From an uncultured Ignavibacteria bacterium (GTDB lineage Bacteria > Zixibacteria > MSB-5A5 > JAABVY01 > JAHJOQ01), in NCBI GenBank assembly GCA_964415885.1, contig CAYQCE010000003.1:922-64921 (forward strand): a DNA stretch of 64,000 nucleotides. The letters are read 5' to 3'. Of the stretch, positions 57,844 through 64,000 are shown piece by piece (position 1 is the first letter of the stretch; each line of letters opens with the position of its first letter). The notes below the pieces were generated by a model. It saw only the letters and a list, made by a program, of their open reading frames with translations, was not told the origin of the DNA and made no database searches. The translations under genes and the position numbers were made by a program.

Positions 57844-58761
57844 ATGAACTGCAGAAAGACCATATCACTGCTCTCGTGTGCCGTTATCGCTCTGCTTCTC
57901 GCTTTCGCCATATCGCCGAATGCTCTTGCACAGGACAACACCGCCAAGGAGAAGTTCAATGAGGGCATCGAAGCCGAGAAGGCGGGCAAGAACGATGCGG
58001 CGATTGCAGCGTACAAGGCCGCTACTGAGGCGGACCCAACGTACCCGGATCCGTATCTGAACCTCGGAGTGCTGCAATTTAGCCAGAAAAGCTATAAGGA
58101 TGCAGTTGCCACGTTCAAGGATTACACAGAGCTGGCACCGAAAGACATGGCAGGATACAAGAATCTCGGGTTTGCCTGCGTGAAAGCGAAAGATGTGAAG
58201 AGCGGCGCCGCGGCATTCGAGGCTGGGCTCGAGATCGAGCCGAAGAACACCGAATTGCTCAAGGGCTACGCCGAATTGTACCACGAGAGCGGTAACTGGG
58301 CTAAGTCGGTTGAACGTTACAACGCCTATCTCGCAGTCAATCCCAACGATGCCAAGGCACTCGTGAACCTGGGAGAGGCGCAGCAGGCTCTCGGAGATAC
58401 TGAAGAGGCTGCCGCCGCCTATCGCAAGGCGTCAACAGTCGATCCCAACTACGACTTCGCTTACTTCCAGCTCGGTTCGCTCTATCTCGAACAGGAAGAT
58501 TGGTCGAAAGCGGCAAGCGCTTTTGACAAGGCCACGAAGGTAGACAAGAACTACTGGAAGGCCTGGTATAATCTTGCAGTGGCATATCAGGCCATGCAAA
58601 CCGCCGAGGATTACGTTTCCGCTTATCAGGCATACGACAGGTTCATGGCATTGACCTCGAAGAGCGGCAACTCCCAAGTCAAGAAAATGCGTTCCCAGGC
58701 CAGGCAGATCATGGATCAGCTCGAGGCTTATTTCGAGGCTGAGGCCATAGACTATCAGTAG
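57844..58761 (+). CDS. Secreted TPR-repeat protein
   Basis: Signal peptide ending ALA-Q, followed by several TPR units. Confidence 0.8.
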   Translation: MNCRKTISLLSCAVIALLLAFAISPNALAQDNTAKEKFNEGIEAEKAGKNDAAIAAYKAATEADPTYPDPYLNLGVLQFSQKSYKDAVATFKDYTELAPKDMAGYKNLGFACVKAKDVKSGAAAFEAGLEIEPKNTELLKGYAELYHESGNWAKSVERYNAYLAVNPNDAKALVNLGEAQQALGDTEEAAAAYRKASTVDPNYDFAYFQLGSLYLEQEDWSKAASAFDKATKVDKNYWKAWYNLAVAYQAMQTAEDYVSAYQAYDRFMALTSKSGNSQVKKMRSQARQIMDQLEAYFEAEAIDYQ

Positions 58762-58787
58762 GACTTCGCAGAATTCCGGTTGATCGC

Positions 58788-58816
58788 AGGGCTGTCGGTT
58801 ACAACCGACAGCCCTT
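58788..58816 (+). terminator. Hairpin/terminator after the TPR gene
   Basis: AGGGCTGTCGGTT-AC-AACCGACAGCCCT followed by TCTGTT. Confidence 0.65.
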
Positions 58817-58954
58817 CTGTTATGTTGGACGTCGACATATTGGCTCCCCGAATCGCCTATTTTAGCTTGCTTGTCAGATTGAATAAGATACCTTAGTCTC
58901 TTGAGTCAATTCAGGCGGTACTGACACAGACCGCACAGCAATCGATTCGGAGTC

Positions 58955-59845
58955 ATGCCCAGGAATCTTGGCACAGAAAAAGGTACGACCGCCGTTTCTT
59001 TCCTGATCAATGTGATCCTGTTCGGACTGAAGATCACTGGCGGAATCATCGGACGAAGCAGCGCGCTTCTTGCTGACGCTCTGAATTCTCTGCTCGATAT
59101 TGTCGCAAACACCGCCGTCTGGGTGGGAATCAGGATCGCAAACAGGCCACCGGATGAGGATCATCCGTACGGTCACGGGCATGCCAATACGATCTCGGCT
59201 ATCTTCGTAGCGGTGCTGCTCGTGATAACCGGAGTATATATCGGAGCGAATGCGATCTACGTCATAATCTACGATCAATACGAGACTCCCGGCAGAATCG
59301 CCACGATCGTCGCCGCGCTCACGATCGTTGTCAAGGAAATACTGTACCAGTGGACAATACGTGTGGGCAGAAGAGAGAATTCTCCGGCCGTTATAGCGAA
59401 TGCATATGATCACCGCACGGACGTTTTCACGTCGCTCGGTGCCCTCATTGGCATTGTGGTCGCACAGCTCGGCTATCCGATTCTCGACCCGATAGCGGGA
59501 TTCCTGATCGGTATACTGATTCTCTGGAACGCATTCAGGCTTATAAGCGATAACATTCACTCACTTATGAGTGGTGCGCCGGACAAGGAGACATTAAACA
59601 AAATTTATGAAACCGCCGCCACACACTCCAGAGTACAACAAGTCAGGGACATAAAAGTCAGATCTGTCGGCACGAAGTACATCGCCGATCTCAAGATCAT
59701 GGTCAGAGGCGATCTTTCGGTCACCGAGGGGCATGACATAGCGTCAGACCTCAAGCGTCACCTGCTGAACCATGCGAAAAACCTGCAGGATGCCATGATT
59801 CATGTTGAACCCTTCGAAGATGAATCCAGAAAGGACAACTCGTGA
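58955..59845 (+). CDS. Cation diffusion facilitator (FieF-like)
   Basis: SSALLADA, PPDEDHPYGHG, DHRTD, LDPIA, EGHDIA, IHVEP. Confidence 0.9.
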   Translation: MPRNLGTEKGTTAVSFLINVILFGLKITGGIIGRSSALLADALNSLLDIVANTAVWVGIRIANRPPDEDHPYGHGHANTISAIFVAVLLVITGVYIGANAIYVIIYDQYETPGRIATIVAALTIVVKEILYQWTIRVGRRENSPAVIANAYDHRTDVFTSLGALIGIVVAQLGYPILDPIAGFLIGILILWNAFRLISDNIHSLMSGAPDKETLNKIYETAATHSRVQQVRDIKVRSVGTKYIADLKIMVRGDLSVTEGHDIASDLKRHLLNHAKNLQDAMIHVEPFEDESRKDNS

Positions 59846-60840
59846 ATTTCGCTGAGAACATATGTGACCTAATTGGCAAAACCCCGCTGGTCAAGATCAA
59901 TGCGACAGTAGCACATATCCCCGCAACGGTCCTTGCGAAGCTCGAATTTCTCAATCCATCCGGCTCAATCAAGGACCGCATGGCACTTTATATCATCGAA
60001 CATGCCGAGAAGCACGGTGATATCGATCAAAGTGACGTTGTCGTGGACAACACGTCGGGCAATACCGGCGCCGGTGCGGCAATGGTAGCCGCAGCGAAGG
60101 GATACCGGTCGGTGTTCACTACGCCTGAAAAAACAAGCAAGGAAAAGAAAGATCTGATCAAGTCGTTTGGTGCGGATATCATAATAACACCCTCCGACGT
60201 ACCGCACGATGATCCATCCAGCTATTATATGCAGGCTCGAAAGCTCGGCGAAAAGCCGGGATACTTCTATCTCGATCAGTATCACAGCCAGGTCAATGTT
60301 GAAGGGCACTACCATACGACCGGCCCCGAAATATGGGAACAGACGGACGGCAGGATAACGCACTTCTTCTGCGGCATAGGCACGGGCGGTACGATATCTG
60401 GAGTCGCACGATTCCTCAAAGAGAAGAAGAGCGAAATTAAGGTGATAGGCATTGATCCGATTGGATCGCTATTCCACGCGTACAAGAACGACATGCCCAT
60501 ACCAAAACCACGCCCATATAAGATGGAGGGAATCGGTACGGATGTAATCACGAAGGCATTTCACAGGCAGTTCATCGACGAAGTCGTGCCTGTCTCTGAT
60601 CGGGATGCGTTTCTTGCGGCGCGCGAACTCTGCCGCAGAGAGGGAATTTCCACCGGAGGATCATCCGGAGCGGTGCTCCACGCCATTCAGCATTATGGCG
60701 GTAAGTTCAGCGCCGATGATGTCGTTGTCGCTATTTTCGCCGACAGCGGGATACGATATCTCTCCAAAATGTATAATGATGAGTGGATGAAGGACAACGG
60801 GCTTCTTACCGAAGCTGAAGTTGTAGAGGAAATCGAATAG
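59842..60840 (+). CDS. PLP-dependent cysteine synthase / cystathionine beta-synthase family
   Basis: IGKTPLV, KLEFLNPSGSIKDR, TSGNTG, GIGTGGT, DSG.RYLSK. Confidence 0.9.
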   Translation: MNFAENICDLIGKTPLVKINATVAHIPATVLAKLEFLNPSGSIKDRMALYIIEHAEKHGDIDQSDVVVDNTSGNTGAGAAMVAAAKGYRSVFTTPEKTSKEKKDLIKSFGADIIITPSDVPHDDPSSYYMQARKLGEKPGYFYLDQYHSQVNVEGHYHTTGPEIWEQTDGRITHFFCGIGTGGTISGVARFLKEKKSEIKVIGIDPIGSLFHAYKNDMPIPKPRPYKMEGIGTDVITKAFHRQFIDEVVPVSDRDAFLAARELCRREGISTGGSSGAVLHAIQHYGGKFSADDVVVAIFADSGIRYLSKMYNDEWMKDNGLLTEAEVVEEIE

Positions 60841-60870
60841 TCTCATCTCTCAATAGCCAGGAGGAAACAG

Positions 60871-61575
60871 ATGCTCAAAACAGTTCTCGCAACGATCTTC
60901 CTCGCCCTGCTCGTGTCAGCACAGGCAGCAGCCCAGGAACTCGAAAAGCCGCTGGATGCAACAATCGGATTCTCCGAGCACACATTCGATTTTGGCTTCA
61001 TGCCGGCCGGTACGACAGTCATGCACACATTCGGGATCAAGAACGACGGCACGGACACTCTTCGCATTATCCGTGTTAAGCCGACCTGCGGCTGCACGAG
61101 CGCTCCGCTGTCAAAGACCGACCTCGGCCCGAACGATCTGGCAGAGCTGGATGTCTTCTTTGATTCCGAGCGATTCAAGGGCAAGGTCGTGAAGAAGGTA
61201 TCGGTCCTGTCGAACGATCCCAGGGATCCGTACTCGGAGATCGCATTTTCTGCTCAGATCAACGCAAAGCACCCGCTACTGGACATCCAGCCGCAAGTTG
61301 TTGAAGCGGATAGAGTTGTCGGCGGCACATACCGGGTGAAACTGGCGAACGAGTCCGACGAATCGATCGGTCTAACGATAGTCTCATCGTCCGAGCCATA
61401 TATCGAGACTAAACTCTCCCGCGACAAGATTGGGCCGGGCCAATCAGCGGACCTGATGATCAAAATTCTCGAGGATTACAACGAGGTCAAAAACCCCTGG
61501 TATTCGGTGACATTGCAGACTGATGATCCGATGCAGAATCGAGTGTCGATTCCCATAAAACTACCTGAAAGATAA
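60871..61575 (+). CDS. Secreted DUF1573 domain protein
   Basis: Signal peptide; FDFG...F.IKNDG...L.I..VKPTCGCT; SNDP. Confidence 0.85.
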   Translation: MLKTVLATIFLALLVSAQAAAQELEKPLDATIGFSEHTFDFGFMPAGTTVMHTFGIKNDGTDTLRIIRVKPTCGCTSAPLSKTDLGPNDLAELDVFFDSERFKGKVVKKVSVLSNDPRDPYSEIAFSAQINAKHPLLDIQPQVVEADRVVGGTYRVKLANESDESIGLTIVSSSEPYIETKLSRDKIGPGQSADLMIKILEDYNEVKNPWYSVTLQTDDPMQNRVSIPIKLPER

Positions 61576-61590
61576 AGAGTAAGGCCATGC

Positions 61591-61617
61591 TAAAGTCCTG
61601 TCTCGGAGTTCCGATAA
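61591..61617 (+). promoter_or_regulatory. Sigma28-like promoter
   Basis: TAAA-N15-TCCGATAA. Confidence 0.65.
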
Positions 61618-61675
61618 TACAACCGTCACGGAAAAAACTCTTGACAGTTTGTGACTTGAACATTAATTACTCGTA

Positions 61676-61759
61676 GCGAATTTGAGGGTGTTCCTCTGCT
61701 GTCCCTGGGTAGTTTCCTAGCCCCCTCTACCCTACCAGAGACACCCTCTTTTTATTTTT
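61676..61759 (+). ncRNA. Candidate small RNA (long interrupted hairpin plus U-tract)
   Basis: Helices GAGGGTGT/ACACCCTC, CTCTG/CAGAG and GGGTAG/CTACCC close a CU-rich loop, followed by TTTTTATTTTT; sigma28-like and TTGACA elements lie upstream. Confidence 0.5.
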
Positions 61760-61871
61760 CTCCAACCAGATGCTATCCTCAGACAAATGCTGTCGTCTCC
61801 CATAAGATATGATCCTGAAAACCGCACCAACAAGAAACATGGACAGGCGCATCCACATGCCCTTCACGGAC

Positions 61872-61898
61872 TTAGGATTTTTTGCAATCTGCCGATTA
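61872..61898 (+). promoter_or_regulatory. Sigma28-like promoter of the chemoreceptor gene
   Basis: TTAG-N15-GCCGATTA, the same -10 as the fliC promoter. Confidence 0.6.
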
Positions 61899-62101
61899 TT
61901 ATTGAAAGATAGTTGGAAAATGAACCAGAGGGAGAAACAGAAGGAGGACGGAAGAAGGTCTATATCTCACCAGTCCTGGAAAACCCCAAACAAGAGGCTT
62001 GCGAAAAGCTCGATTAGCAAGTTCTGTGTCCCCACCCCCAAGAATCAGCGCGGACACTTCGAAGAAACCCTCGCAGGCTGGTTTCATAAGGAGAGCAGTC
62101 T

Positions 62102-64000
62102 ATGAAGTCCCGAATTAAACTGCGACTGTCGCACAAGATCATGCTGATGGTCTTCGTTATCCTGGTAACGTCAATTTCGGGGTTAACGATTGTCAGCGTT
62201 TCCAAGTCTTCAGAATACCTGGAGAATGTGGCCCGCCAGGACCTCGCGCATCTGGCAAAGATGGCTGAGAGACAGTGCAGGATCGCAGCGGAAGACGTAC
62301 AGAACAAGGTCAGAACCGACCTCGTGGTCGCACGCCAGCTCTTTCAGGATTACTCAAAGGGCAGAGTGGTTACCGAGAACGGCGAGCTCATTGCCGATCC
62401 GGATGACTCTCGTGTCACGATGAACCGCAACGATCAATTCGTCGACAAAGTGACCGAGCTTACTGGGTCAGTTTGCTCGATATTCCTCAAAGACGGCGGC
62501 GGAGCGAAACGAATCGCCACCAACGTGGAGAACGATCGTGGAGAACGGGCACTCGGAAGCTATGCGTCCGATGAGGTCTTCAACAGAGTGGTAAACGGTG
62601 GAGAGAGCTTCTTCGGTCGCGCGTGGGTTGTCGACAGATACTATGTCACTGCCTATGAACCAATCAGAGATGCCAATTCCACTATAGTCGGCGTTCTTGC
62701 CGTGGCTCATCAGGAGCAGTCCGATGTCCTGAAAGAGAGCATTCTCTCTCAGACCGTTGGTGAGACCGGCTATCTCTACGCCATCGATTCAGAGGGAGTC
62801 CTTCGGGTTCACCCGGCCCAAGAGGGCGCCGATATCAGCCAGCACGATTTCATAAAGGAAATCACCCTGAAGGGCACCCGGCTTGCCGAAGGAGAGGTCG
62901 GCTGGATCACCTACCCATGGATCAACAGGGAACTGGGAGAGACCAAAGCGCGCGACAAAATTGTTGCGTATACCTATTTCGAAAAGTGGGATTGGATTAT
63001 TGCGGCGGGCAGCTACCTCGAAGAGTTCACCGCTCCAGTGGCGAGCATAAGAAACGCCGGAATGATGTTCGGTGTGCTGTTCCTGATCGCATCGCTCGTG
63101 ATTGCATTTCTAATCTCACGCTCCATTACAAGGCCGGTCACCAGGCTCGTCAGTGTTGCTGATGCCGTATCAGTTGGAGATGTTCGCCAAGATATAGACA
63201 TTAACAGCAAGGATGAGATCGGCAAACTTGCCGACTCGTTCCGTAGCATGATGGCATACCTGCAGGAGATGTCATCAGCGGCGGAGAGCATCGCCAACAA
63301 CGATCTGACAGTCGAAATCGAGCCAAAATCAGAGCATGACATCCTGGGCAATTCCACCAGGAAGATGCGAGCTAATCTCGCCCAGATCATTGCACAGCTT
63401 TCCGATAACGCATCGGAACTCGCGTCAGCAGCCACCGAAATCGCCTCGACTTCCGAGGAGCTCTCGCGCGGTGCACGCGACCAGTCCGAGCGCATAAATG
63501 AGGTCTCGGTTGGTATCGAGGAAATGACCTCTACCATCGGCGAGTCCGCCAGGAATGCGCATTCCGCAGCGGAGGCCTCTCAGGGCGCTTCCAGCACCGC
63601 CTCTGATGGCGGCCAGGTCGTCAGCGAGACCAATCATGGCATGTCAGAGATCGCCGAAGTGGTTCAGGAATCCGCAAGGTCAATTCAGGAGCTGGCCCAG
63701 TCCGCAGACCAGATTGGCGAGATCATCACCGTCATCGATGACATAGCCGATCAGACCAATTTGCTGGCTCTCAACGCTGCAATCGAAGCCGCAAGAGCGG
63801 GTGAGCAGGGTCGAGGGTTCGCGGTCGTCGCCGACGAGGTTAGGAAGCTCGCCGAGCGCACCGGAAAAGCGACCGGTGAGATCACAGGCATGATCAAGAC
63901 CATACAGGACGTCACTCAGACTGCGGTGCAGTCGATGGAATCCGGCGTCGAAAAGGTATCGCAGGGTCGAGAACTTGCTGACAAGGCCGGTCACAGCCTG
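62102..64000 (+). CDS. Methyl-accepting chemotaxis protein with Cache-type sensor domains (3' end outside the window)
   Basis: Not in the ORF track. ATG 62102 follows AAGGAG; TM1, [22 protein letters not shown]2-HAMP (DEIGKLA), in-frame [40 protein letters not shown]. Confidence 0.93.
   Translation, partial: MKSRIKLRLSHKIMLMVFVILVTSISGLTIVSVSKSSEYLENVARQDLAHLAKMAERQCRIAAEDVQNKVRTDLVVARQLFQDYSKGRVVTENGELIADPDDSRVTMNRNDQFVDKVTELTGSVCSIFLKDGGGAKRIATNVENDRGERALGSYASDEVFNRVVNGGESFFGRAWVVDRYYVTAYEPIRDANSTIVGVLAVAHQEQSDVLKESILSQTVGETGYLYAIDSEGVLRVHPAQEGADISQHDFIKEITLKGTRLAEGEVGWITYPWINRELGETKARDKIVAYTYFEKWDWIIAAGSYLEEFTAPVASIRNAGMMFGVLFLIASLVIAFLISRSITRPVTRLVSVADAVSVGDVRQDIDINSKDEIGKLADSFRSMMAYLQEMSSAAESIANNDLTVEIEPKSEHDILGNSTRKMRANLAQIIAQLSDNASELASAATEIASTSEELSRGARDQSERINEVSVGIEEMTSTIGESARNAHSAAEASQGASSTASDGGQVVSETNHGMSEIAEVVQESARSIQELAQSADQIGEIITVIDDIADQTNLLALNAAIEAARAGEQGRGFAVVADEVRKLAERTGKATGEITGMIKTIQDVTQTAVQSMESGVEKVSQGRELADKAGHSL

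Overview
A gene-dense chromosomal window, probably from an FCB-group bacterium; a dockerin-type tail and a T9SS-like C-terminal domain suggest Zixibacteria or a relative (inference). Left to right it holds: two tandem glutamate dehydrogenases; folD-ymdB-rny-zapA-zapB-like; the tRNA-Val-thrS-infC-rpmI-rplT-pheS-pheT block; a late flagellar block (742-aa fliC, flaG, 787-aa fliD, fliS, FliT/FlgN-like, flgM, HDOD); a divergent DUF1015-serA-serC operon; and a long minus-strand run from flgF-G-A-H-I-J-N-K, csrA, a 51-aa ORF, flgL and fliW into a ~12 kb glycosylation island (multi-domain TPR glycosyltransferases, a methyltransferase-GT9 fusion, an epimerase, a dockerin protein, a sulfotransferase-like gene and cysC). 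It continues with a GT-C-like membrane protein, galT-like and nucleotidyltransferase genes, a minimal microcompartment locus (BMC-H, Cys8 zinc-finger, aldehyde dehydrogenase with encapsulation peptide), yhhQ, purD-purE, TPR, CDF, cysteine synthase and DUF1573 genes, a candidate sigma28-linked sRNA and a partial chemoreceptor. The best novelty candidates are a putative sulfated/methylated flagellar glycan system, the mini-BMC locus, the CU-rich hairpin sRNA, DUF1015 in place of SerB, and the small ORF between csrA and flgL. I saw no CRISPR array, rRNA or mobile element. All calls come from reading motifs by eye; no searches were run.
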